Source: Bugula neritina (Eukaryota; Animalia; Bryozoa). From it: 64,000 nucleotides of DNA. Below, piece by piece: positions 11,802 through 24,040 of this stretch. A program made the translations under genes and the position numbers. The stretch lies in NCBI GenBank assembly GCA_964035545.1, contig OZ037766.1, positions 682,001 to 746,000 on the forward strand, given 5' to 3'. The stretch's first letter is position 1; every line of letters begins with the position of its first letter. The notes beneath the pieces were generated by a model. It worked only from the letters and a program-made list of their open reading frames with translations, searched no databases and was not told the origin of the DNA.

Positions 11802-12041
11802 ATACAGTATAGCCTCTGCTTCAACTGTACAGCATAGCCTGTGTTTCAACTATACAGCACAGCCTGTGCTTCAACTGTACAGTATAGCCTCTGCTTCAAC
11901 TGTACAGCATAGCCTGTGTTTTAACTCTACAGCATAGCCTGTGCTTCAACTATACAGCATAGCCTGTGCTTCAACTATACAGCATAGCCTGTGCTTCAAC
12001 TGTACAGCATAGCCTGTGCTTCAACTGTACAGCATAGCCTG
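11802..12041. repeat. Minisatellite, 25-bp unit (AGCATAGCCTGTGCTTCAACT[AG]TAC), ~9.5 copies
   Basis: Direct tandem periodicity. Confidence 0.9.
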
Positions 12042-15000
12042 GACTTTTTTTCAATCATGAACTGTGTTATAGAAAGGGGATATATTTGCTGGCTACATTC
12101 CAAATGATGTAGTTTGTACAAAGACAGTTAATCACTCTTTGAACAAACTGGACATGGTTAGACCAGTATAATAGTGAGAGATTCTGTTAGTCTGTTGATA
12201 CTCTAGCTGTGCACAGCTACAAGTGCTAATTATTAATGTTTGCTGTTGCTGTTTGTTATTGTTGATTATAGTGTGAAATACGCTGCTTTATTTAGCCCTA
12301 ATATACATATAATAATAATAATAACAATATCTGTGACAATAATTATATAGCTAAAGTTTGTAATGAGTTGACAAGTAACAAAATTAGATCAAAATGATGT
12401 GAGAACATTCAAACTGATAAAGTGTTCAAAACACCCTCATAGCTCAACTATGTGTGGTCTTAAAATCTATTTTTAGTTGTTGGGCAGTGCTGAGGGTTGT
12501 GTAGTAATTTGATATCACCGTTGTCACCTCCCAGCTAGCAAAATCATTTGAAGTTTAGATTAGCCCAAATCTATAGGCATCAAAGTTCTGTGGAATAGAT
12601 TTTCCCACTGCACGCTTGCCATGTGAGTGAAACTTGCTGGTCATAATATGAATTTGAAGCTGTGAGGGTGTGTGGTTGATATGACGTATACAACAGACGT
12701 TCACATATCTTGTAGTTTATATATTTAGGATTTTATTTATTTATAACAGTGGGATGTTCATAACAATGCAGATGAATATTAAACTTGAAGTACTCTTACT
12801 GTAACATGATACGGGTGGGTGGGAAGTTGAGTCATGTCATCGCGGTAGAGTAGAACATAAAGTTACAGCTGTTACTGCTATAAGACTTACACTTCAAAGT
12901 GTAGGTGGTATGGGTTTGTATTATGAGCCATTGTCATGTATTGTCACATGCATTGTATATGTATATATATATATATATAATTTATGTTGGAGCTATTAGG
13001 GGCGTTATATGAGAGAGGGACAACTCTGTTATTTCTCTATGAATAAACAATGATTTATCATATGTTTATGACTAAATTCAAATTGGCCAACAAAAATATT
13101 TAAATTACTAATTACTTTTGTTTTTTAATAAAATTAGAGATAAATTACAAATCTGCATGAAACACATAAGTTAAAGCAATCAGTGAGTCAATTTGTTTAG
13201 CTGCTACACAAAAACTGAAAAATTATGTCATACATGTTTGTTTGCATGAGTATAAATTGTATAGCAAAACCTTAAAATGTTCTTTTAGAGACCACACCAC
13301 TACATGTATATACTGACTTGTGCCTTTTACAGAGTGCTGTTTAAACTATATATAAAGCAGGTTTGCATCACTTAAATATCATGTTTTCCAGAATGCAATT
13401 GTTGGGTGCTGAAGTACTATTGTGAGATGTTATACAAAATACTTTAATATTATAAACTATATCTTACCATAACTAAAGTTTGTTGAAAGGTAAATAGAAG
13501 ATTATGAAATACGAAAAAGCTGCATAATATGAATTATGTTACAGAAATATACAGTACAATGAAAGGTCCTCAACAGTCTGAAAATATGCAATGTGCCTGT
13601 ACACCACATGCATGTGTAGCATCTCAGCATTGATAAACTTCAAAAAGAGTGGATTCAATGGGGGCATAAGATATGTATTAAAAACTTGAAATTTAATTTC
13701 AAACCATAGCCTATGTAGCTGAAATTGAAATTATGTTTTAAGTATATATAAGCATATTTAATAATCAGCCGTAGAAAGCTCAGGGGTTAAACTTTGATGG
13801 CAGGCTTTTAAGAAAAGTTGTAATTTATAAGCACAAAAATATTTCTCCACCACTGAATAGAATTATTATTTGATATAGATAATAATTTGCAAAAATAATC
13901 ACGCATACAAAACACAGCTCTATTTCTAATATATTGCAAAACCATTGCTATTGCAACACTCACTTGACTGCCATATTTCCTGAAAAAACCATTTTGCTGA
14001 CCTTAAAATTTTGCTAAACATTTGAAAAGTTGTGCACTTGACTTGAAGTGATTCATTGCAAAACAAAACAACAATTTTATTGTGTATTTCATATAAAAAT
14101 CCCTCAATATGTTTCAATACATTCTCACATGTGAAGCAGGGTTTTCTATTTTATATGATTCATAAGAATTGTATAAACAATACTTTGACATCAACAGCAT
14201 TCATTATTAAATATTATGTATAATATTATAATATAATAATAAAGTATAAATAATATATTTATTGCAATCATAGGTCTAAAAAAAAGTTAAAAAGCTCAAA
14301 TAAATGTGAAACATATTTATATATTTCATATTATTTGCAGTGTACCATCTCAAAGAAAGCATAATTTATAAATATTTTTTACAACAGTCATGTTTGTTGG
14401 AGGATATATTGACATCATGCATTGGCGGCTGATTTAGTATAGTGATAAATTGAACATTTCTGATGGCCATAAAAATAAAATATTGTTCCTAAAAACTCAT
14501 GCTTACAATCTATTATTCAATTAATATTAATAATAATGTTTGTACAAGTTATTGGCATACTGACTCATAAACATGATCATGAAGACCGAATGCAGGTCAC
14601 TTGCACAGTTTTCCAGTGAACTTAAACTGTACATAAATCACACCATTTCGCATCAACTTTGGCAGCTATACTATAATATTGCTAGAGAAAATTGGCAACT
14701 CTCCAATTCCACTTAACATACTTTTCAATACTCCTACAAGTATCCATAATTTCAGAATTAGCAAAAGATATAGATTAGATGTTATTTTCTTTACATTTAA
14801 AGTAATTGGCAACACCACAATACAATAGTTCATCAATTCAAACATATCTGTAGAGTATACTTCATATATTCACTTTGCTTATATCAGTAACTCATCCTAG
14901 CTATATGAGTTGAATTTATTCAATATGATCTCACTTAAACTAGAAATGACTCAACACTATACATTTCAATATTAGTCATTGAGTTCACGAGGCGTGTCTT

Positions 15001-15924
15001 GTGAATAAACTTCATATCTCTTTCATGTTCATTAGCGTAACGTGAAACGTAATTTGTTAATAGGAAGGAAATTGGCATTAACCTCAAAATGCTCATTAGT
15101 CATTTTCAGTATTACATACGAGCCAGTGTTAATCAGAAATTTTTAATAGTGAAAAAATATTTTTTTTTATCTCATCCATTATTTCCTTATATATTGAGAT
15201 TCCGAAACTACACATCTCTGTACTGACATATTTTGGTTGTGACAATTTTATTTTAAAATATTTTAGTGCTGCATGAGTCTAACTTGCAGTTTTATTTTGA
15301 AATATTGTATTAAAAATATTTTAAAATAAAAGCTTTATGCAGACTCTAATAATAAAGGTAGAGTTTGGAGTATTTAAAATGCAGACATTAAGTAAAGAAA
15401 TGTAATAAATGGAGTCGGTGTGTTCCTTTACCTAGCCTGTGCTAAATGCACATTAAGCCAGCAGAATAATACTATACTTTTCTTTTTATTTACTGACTTT
15501 TATTAAAAAGAACCAATATAAGTCAATTTTTGTTTTTAGTAAACACAACATTTCAGTTGTCTTAATTAATTAATTAAACACTTAGTTCCGTCATGTCTTT
15601 GTATAATCATATGGTTGTGGCACAAATAGAATGTGGTTCTATATTTGATGGATTATAATATTTCTGCAGATAAAGGATGTAAATAATATTAGATATGTTG
15701 CAATGTCATATTTTATGGTTATGAATGTATATTTTGAATTGCTCTATGCATGAGCTGCATATGTGTGTATAATTAGTTCCATAAGGTTTTACTTGATGTC
15801 CCTTCATAAGCAATTCAAGATATGTGTATTCTCCACAATTGCAGCTTGTTCAAGGTACATTGAAGGTTATTGGGAAATCTGTTTACTACAGCCAGCACTA
15901 TAAAAGCTCAACATTTTGTAATTC

Positions 15925-16030
15925 ATTCCCCCCTCCCCCACCTTCACCCCCTCCCCCACCTTTACCTCTCCCTCCTCTTTCAACCTCTCCCCCACCTTCT
16001 CCTGACCTTTGCCCCCCACCTCCATTTCAC
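15925..16030. repeat. C-rich polypyrimidine tract
   Basis: Runs of CCCC separated by T/A in an otherwise AT-rich region. Confidence 0.75.
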
Positions 16031-17127
16031 TAATAAAGTATGCTTTAGAAATCTCTGTACTCTTATATATTTTAAGTTTTATATTTTTTAAAAAAGAGCA
16101 CTGGTAAATTGTTTTCTGTTGCTAATGTATATATAATACTTGTAAAACTGGCATTTGAATTTCTTTTTACTGTATTTTTGCTTCGTATAGAGTCATTTTA
16201 AAGTAAATTAAAAGTATTCATCTTGTTAGGAGAAGCAAAATAAATTTTCTGCAATATAAGAAAGCACTCATACAAATATGGAAAGCTTCATATCGTATGT
16301 AAGTTTAGTGCGAAATGAATTATAGCATTTCTCATTAAAGAACAATTATCAGTTGAAATATTATAGAGAGTATTGAAATAATTTATAAAGCCTTGGTTGG
16401 TTTTCTATAGCCAGGAGTTAATGTGGGGAGCAACAATTAGGAATGCTACTTCAAATTAAGCTTTACAATAAAATAAAAGCCTCAGAGCAATGCAATAAGT
16501 ACAAGCCTGCAGCGCTACGTAGTAAAATGGGAGCTGAATACAGTGGATAACTTAAAGTGAGCATGTATTGGCACATGCATGTCTTTCTATGAAAATGTTT
16601 GATTTGCCCTAACTAAAGATTAATATTATATTTAGTTCAATGCTATTAACTATGTGGAAGCGGAGCTAGACTTAATAATGGACATATTTTCAGGTTAACT
16701 AGTTTTAGCAATCTGGAAATAAAAAACTTGACATCTCCAAACTTACTCTAATACAGTATAGCCTACTTGTATATAATTTTTGTGGATATTATCATTGTGA
16801 AAATGTTATAGGCTGGAGTTTTAATTTATGTTTTAATTAATAAAGATTTGTCCAGCTGATAGTGATGAGTTGTAAATTCTATTTTTAGAATATTATCATA
16901 TCATAACAGAAAGAATAACAGATGAAGTGTGTGGCCTGTGTAGTGTGGAACACATGTTCTATTGTGAATGGAAAATTATCCAGTATAATATGTTATTATT
17001 AATCTAATAACCTAATGCAGTAGCACTATACAATGCTATGTGCAGTGACAGGTTATGCAAGGTGCTTGCTACTAGCATCTGCTGTGAAGCTCCACCTATA
17101 AACATGTCAAAACACGAGTTGCTGAGA

Positions 17128-17245
17128 TATATAAGGACTGCTTCTGTATCCACCTTTCATTCCAACAGCTACTGCTGCCCCTAGCTGTCAACTCACAACA
17201 TTTAAGGCTATAAATTCCAACGGAAAGTTTATTGCATTCAGACAG
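17128..17245 (+). promoter_or_regulatory. TATA box and probable non-coding first exon of prohormone gene B
   Basis: TATATAAG at 17128-17135; donor CAG|GTAAG at 17245/17246; the acceptor TTTTAG ends at 17920, one base before the ATG. Confidence 0.6.
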
Positions 17246-17921
17246 GTAAGGGCTGACAGCTGACGTTAGCTTCTTTTAACTTTTCTTATAAAAAAAATTC
17301 AGATAACAAATATTTTGCTTTGGAATGTGTGGCACAGTTTTGGTGTATAATAATGCGTTTAATTATTGTTACAGGCATTATTTATAAAACTTTTATTTAA
17401 AAGCTATCTATAAATTCCATGCAATTATATATTACTTGTATTGTACCTGTTGATATTAATTAGTTAGATCTCTGCTGCTGTAATAATTATCCAGTATGAA
17501 ATAACAATGGCTCGGGGTGGTTTAATTATCATAATGTATATATATAGTATTATATAGTATATAGTACATTAGTTTTACTATCAACTCTCAGAGTACACGG
17601 TATAGAGTATATTAGTTCTACTATCGGCTGGAATATAGTAAGATATCCGCTGGAGTTATGCTGGTGTATTTCTCATCAATCCAGAATCTTGTTTGTCTGT
17701 GAGCTTTGTATATAAAGTAAAGGGAAATGTTATGTCTTCACCAGCAGTTTAACATAACAAATAGTTGTTAGATAATGGTTATGCTATTTAGGGCTAAATT
17801 AAGTTAGTTTCTTTGCAAGGGGCATATTTTATAGCGAAGGTTAACCAACTTAAGGTTCACAAATTTTTTAGTAATAATAAAATTTCTGCTGCTTTGTTTT
17901 AGCCTTGGTTCTTGTTTTAGA

Positions 17922-18774
17922 ATGAGGGTGGAACTGTTTCAAGCCTGCCTGGCATTACTGATGTTCATATCACTAGAGGCTAAACCTCTCCGAAGATTAT
18001 CTACACAATCCGAGGGGGTTGGAACACCTCCCATAGTACAATTGTTTCATAGACTGAGAGTTAGAGAGGAGTTAAGTTTGCGGAGCAGAGTTGATGCGCC
18101 CTCTACCAGAAGTATAATGAGAGACTCAGCTAGAGTAAAGAGAGGAGTTAGTTTAAGTAAGTTTAACTCTGATTGTTACTCAAAACTCACAATGCAGTCA
18201 GTAAAGCTACACAATGGTGTGACCCAGTCACTGCTAAGACTTGCCATCAGGAAATTATGCTATACAATCCAGTGTTTACTCTTGTAGTAGCTATTGCCAA
18301 TTGTTAGTATTTTTCCTCAATTATTATTTTTTGGCTGGCTTTAAGCCTACTTGAAGGTTTATTGTCAAAATTGCTAATATTTTGATCACCAAACTATAAT
18401 GTTTAGTAGTATGTGAATTTATACTAAATAATAGTTGTTTGTATTTGTAGCCAGATTCCAAGTAGCAGTTCCATGTCCAAATAAATTATTAAATATTATA
18501 ACTTAACATAACAACATATTTACAAGTTGAATAGCACATTCAGTTTATATAACACATGAAAGTCAGTTTTTTATTGAGGCAAAATTTTATTTCAAACGGA
18601 ATTTTGCTTTCAGTGGGTCTTGACAATGTAGACTCCGCTACATCAGCCTTAGAGCAGATCCGAAACAGGCATCGTCACGGGCACGGGGCCACTCCAGCCA
18701 CCCGACCTCCCCCAGCTGTCATCTCTGAGTCTGAGCTAGATCTGCTGCTACATCTGCTGGAGAGCAAGAAGTAA
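17922..18774 (+). CDS. Secreted prohormone/neuropeptide-like precursor B (131 aa; exons 17922-18156, 18614-18774)
   Basis: Signal peptide MRVELFQACLALLMFISLEA|KP, RVKR site, phase-1 intron at the same position as in gene A, predicted mature region GVSLMGLDNVDSATSALEQIRNRH...TRPPPAVI...DLLLHLLE. Confidence 0.85.
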
Positions 18775-21428
18775 CCTCCCCATTGATCTCTAAGGTGAGA
18801 TAGTCTATATATTATATGTACTCTCTCATTGCACTTCATTGATCTCTAAGACTTTCTAAAGATTGAAATTATATGGTAGAAGTTTTATAGCAGCTAAAAG
18901 AAATAGCTTTATGTAGCAAAAACAGCTTTTAATGAATTTTATAACAAAACCTAAAAATTAGAACAGCTCAAATAAATAGTCAATACATAAAAATTTGGTT
19001 TTTCTTTTTAATATAATATTTAAAACAAAAAGCTATAACCTAGGTAACAGTTTCTCCCTGAAGGTTCTTTTTCTATTTTCAGTAAACTTTCATATTATAT
19101 CTGTTATTTTAAAAATATTTCATTGAATCTCAAACGCCATTACTCTCAAAGTCAATATAAGTAGCGATGAAAAGATTACAAGAAACTCAGTTACAGAGTT
19201 AACTTCTAGCTATGAGTCAACACCCTGTTGAGTCTGAGATAGGGTTAATTTGATGAGGCATTTACTCCATACAATAGAGTTAGCTGAACCGTAAAGACTT
19301 AATCCATTCTTTCCTAAGAAAAGAAGGAAGTACCAAATTTCTAATATCCTTCTACCCGTCTCTTAGATTTCCCGATAAGACCCCAAACTCAATCAGCATC
19401 ATAGTAGCTTCCACATGTCAACAACAACTCAGGGCAGACCCAAAGCACGTAAACTATCCTAGTAATTGCGTTGTTCTTGGCAAGCAGCTGGTCTAGGCTT
19501 AAATAATTTAGAGTAATAAAATGTGCATATTGTAAGGCAGGGTGTACCTTGCACTCCTCATTTCTCTGCTCATTGTTTATTCCCAACTTTATAAACAGCC
19601 TGCAAATGATGTAAGAAAACATTCCTAAATTCCTCTCCTCACCCAGCCTCTAATTTTGTTAACAAAACTCAGCTTTACTGATTTTGTCCAGGATAAAAAA
19701 TTTGCCCTTTAGATTCTTAGTATTTTATGACATATGTAAGATTAATTACGCCCAATATTTGTTTAAAATCATTCTTTTTGTTTACATTCCTTGGAAATTA
19801 CATAACATTGTCTTCTTCAAATTGCAGTCACGTCCATCCTGTTAGTTTATTGTCATTAACAGCTTTGATATCAGTTACATAATCACCTCCAGTACAGAAC
19901 AATTAATAATCACTTAATCAAACACTGTTTGACCTTGAGGCAAAGGTCATGTCTCAACAGTTTTACTCAGTTTATTAACTTGAGTAAATTTAAGCTACAA
20001 ATTAGCACACTAAGTTTATGAGCAAACTATCTTCATAGTCTTATTGGCTAGAGTTTGTTTTTCGGTATCATTTTTGCTTTTGAGTCATTTAAAAATTGAT
20101 ATGTTTTTCTATAATAGTTTTTAAATCAACAAATTAATTTAAAAGTATGAATAATGCAGGGTAACGCCCTGAAGATGTTAGACTTATTATTTGACACAAG
20201 TTCTTGACCTTTCTTGACCTTTTGCTGTTGATAGTCAGCTAGCTAATTACTGAGTGTAATTAAATAATTGTTCCAATGAACTGGTAAACAATAACAGTCA
20301 TCTGTCTCCATGAACTACCAGCTGCTCTGTATAGCTTAGTTTTAATATCTTTGAAGATGACTGAAAAATATCCAATAAAAATCATAAAATAAATTAAAGT
20401 TTTGTTAATTTAAAATCAACAGCACAAGATTTTGAGTCAAAGAGAGGAAATTTATACAGTACTACAAATAAATTGATAGTAATTCTGAAAACAGGCCTAT
20501 ATACAAAATTAGCATTTTATCCAGATGGAGTGTCTGTGCATGTGTGTATATCTTTACTTGTACTACATTAATCTATTACCATAATATAATATAATACAAT
20601 AATATATATGTTATTTTTCTTTGTAGAAGCTAAGCTGTGATATAAACTAGAATGCTCAAAGTGAAACCCCCTCCCAAACAGAGTTCCCATTTCTGTCCAT
20701 CCTAATAATTATGTATAACATGTATATATCAACTTGTAACAACACATGTACATATTTATATTTATATACTTTATTAAATGTCATGTTTTTACTATTATAA
20801 TATATTTTATTTTCTTTAAATAATGTGCATAGTTTGTAAAAATTTATATAATTCATTAAAAGTAATTATGAGAATTAAAAAAAAATTTATATATCCTGGT
20901 AATCTTTTACAAAAGTTCATAAATTTGTGTTATTTATTTAATTATATACCCATGGTTATTTATTTGTGAAACTTTATTTCAGTTTTCTCTTTAGTTTTCA
21001 CAACTAGAATTTGTATCTGTTGTTATCTTCTCCCATCGAATTCTATTAATATAAATACAATGCAGCTATCTGTGCTTTATTTAGCTCTGATATCTACAGA
21101 TTATCAATTCATAAATAGAGTTTATTTTTGATTAAAGTACACGCCTGAAAACTACGTATATAACTCACGTCATCATTATCAGAAGTAAGAAATTAATCTT
21201 TCAAATTTAACTGAAGAAATGCTGCAAATTATTGTAATGTTTAATTCTCTAATAAGAATTTCTGCTTTTAAATATTATATATAAATATAAAGTAAGAAAA
21301 TTTACATATAAAGATTACAAGGGGATGTATAGGATATAATATTATGCCCTGAGCATCACTTGCAGTATTAGTTACTACTATTCTTCATGTGAGAGCTCAT
21401 TGTATATATCTACTATAATATATAAGTG

Positions 21429-21626
21429 CTATACATTGTGTGTAGTGTCTCACATAGACTGTGAGACACTATACATTGTGTGTAGTGTCTCACATAGACT
21501 GTGAGACACTACACACAATGTGTAGTGTCTCACAGTCTATGTGAGACACTATACACAATGTGTAGTGTCTCACAGTCTATGTGAGACACTACACATTGTG
21601 TGTAGTGTCTCACATAGACTGTGAGA
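21429..21626. repeat. Palindromic ~40-bp tandem repeat, 5 units of mixed orientation
   Basis: AGTGTCTCACA-(TAGAC or GTCTA)-TGTGAGACACT hairpin units with spacers ACATTGTGTGT or ACACAATGTGT. Confidence 0.9.
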
Positions 21627-22349
21627 TTACTGTTTCATTACAATGTTGTTTTGTCTAACACGCAGTAAATATAAAGTCACAAAGTTCATGCACAATCTAC
21701 TTAGAAAGAATGCATTGTCAGTGAGAGAGGCTATAGTACTATTGTATTCTGTTAGCTCATTGAAACTCAGAAATCCTGAAGCTTAGATCTTTCAACATAG
21801 AATTATAAGCTGCAAATAAATTGAAAATAAAGAACTTTACGTTTTATGATTGTATTTGCATTATAAATTAAAGTTTATTGTTTATTGTTTGTTATGTCAA
21901 CGGTGTCAATTGTTGAATAGCTATTGATTGTTGGAGCAAATAATTAATAAACATATATTTGACAAGACAAAAGTTGAAAATGTATTAAACTGAGCCTTTC
22001 AGAGTTTTTTATGGCTATATTACAGGTATATTAAAAAGTTCTATATTACAGTTATATTATTACTACATTACAGGTATATTATAACTATATTACAGTTATA
22101 TTACAGTCTAGTTATGGTTATAAGCATATATATTACAATCTTTCTCCTAAAAGAACACGAAGCTCTAGAAGTTGAAATTAGAATAGGAATGCAATTTTGT
22201 TTTAATACCTGCAAACTCGAACTACAGGTAATAGAGAAATAATATTTTATCTGCTGCATAGTGGAGTTGTCTTCTTACTAAATATTTGAGCAGATAACTC
22301 TCATTTCTCGTCTGCATATTATATTATAATATTATTATCTTTGTTCAAA

Positions 22350-23110
22350 AAACAAATTATTCTGTGCTATATTGTATATATCATACTATATTATATTATA
22401 TTGCATTTTATTATTATGTATTATTTATCATATATTATACTATATTATATTATTATGTATTATTTATTATATTTAATTATCTTATATACTACATGATATT
22501 GTGTTATGTTACAACATATGATATTTCATTTAAATATTTCGTTAATAGGTATTTATTATTATATTATGCTATACCATATTTTATTATGTCAAATTAAATT
22601 AAATTTTATTACATCAATTATATTATGCTATATTTAATTTTATAATAATAATATAATGTTTTATGTAATATTGTATTTTGCTGTATTGTAGTGTGTTATA
22701 TTATATTGTATTATATTATAGTATATTATGCCATATTTTATCATATTATGCTATGTTATGCTACATTACCTTATGTTATATTATAATATATAATATACTA
22801 GGTATTATACTCACTGTTGCACACTATTAGTAAGCTATTCCAGCAAGCTATTCTTATTCTTTTCTACGGCTATTATCTTTAGCTTTTTGCTACAATAAAG
22901 CGCAAGGAATGCATTGTTACTCACAACTACTGCTGCATAAACCTGTGTATTTATGAAGCTCTAAAAGCATTTACACATATGCACACTTTAATATTTACTA
23001 TGGTATATTATATTCTGTTATATTATCTGATAGTTTATTATATTACTTCGTATTATAATATCTTGTATGTATGTCATACTATATTATAATATTATGCTAG
23101 TTATACTATG
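22350..23110. repeat. AT-rich low-complexity (TATTA-like) tract
   Basis: Degenerate TATTA/TATGC periodicity. Confidence 0.7.
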
Positions 23111-24040
23111 TTATAATATGCAGAATTATGCAGATTATCAGGGTTGTCTCCCCCTAAGTGTTATCTGTATCAATGTTCAAACCATTTGGTCCATCTGATA
23201 AGATTTCCCCACCTCTTATCTTCTGCAGTTAGTGTTATATATAGTATTGCATTATTGTAAAGCAATCAATCGTATTACATCACTCAATTAAATCATCATA
23301 TATATTGCTCAAGTATATGATATATGTGTGTGTTGTTTTGCAATTTACAATAACAATGACATAAACTTACTCAACTAAATCTAAACGCTAACACAACAAG
23401 TCGACACTTTCGGCTGCTATCATTGCCAGCTCTTATCTACTGTAGCCCTTGTTGCTCAGTACAATTTGACAAGTTCAAAGTTCAGGGTCGAAGTCATACA
23501 GGGAGCAGTGTAACAGTTGAGTAAGTAGTGTAGCTGGTTGTACGTTAGACTCCATTGTTCACACGATGTCGTACCTAATTCAGCACGTCATGTCATAACT
23601 GAAAGAGTACAGAATGGCTACACCACGAAGTGTTGGTGTGAAAGCTTCCTTAGCTCTAATGCTGCTAGTCACCATCACTCTAGTCGCTCACACGGTCAAT
23701 CATCATTCTGTCACGTGAGTTAAACTTTCTATCGACTTCAAGTTTGCTCTGATAACTAAATTTAAGTTTGTAGTTACGAATCAGAGTTATTGGCTTCTTT
23801 ACAAATCTGTACTCTGTCAGTGTCACCCCTAACTAAATGCTGCTTTTAGCGTTTCCGTAGTTCATCCTGAGTGATGTGGGGGTTAGAGAAGTGGTAGTTT
23901 CTTATTTAGGGCGTTGAGGGAGACCGGAGATAGGGGGGTGTCTTGTGACCCTCAAACTGCTGCTGTTCTAAAGTTCTGCTGTTCTGTTAATCTGGCATAC
24001 ACTTTGTCTATTATGGCAAGTACATTCTAGCTGGCTGTAC

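Noticed and set aside
15824-16091. Poly-proline ORF
   Set aside because: It is a by-product of a C-rich low-complexity tract, with no ATG start or splice context.
11000-17100. A third prohormone paralog between or after the pair
   Set aside because: I found no further KR-GVSL or GLDN coding sequence by eye here or in 19000-23500; a tBLASTn search would be needed to exclude a diverged copy.
21429-21626. CRISPR-like look of the palindromic repeat (and of other arrays)
   Set aside because: There are no unique spacers and no cas genes, and the context is eukaryotic and intron-rich; these are tandem repeats.
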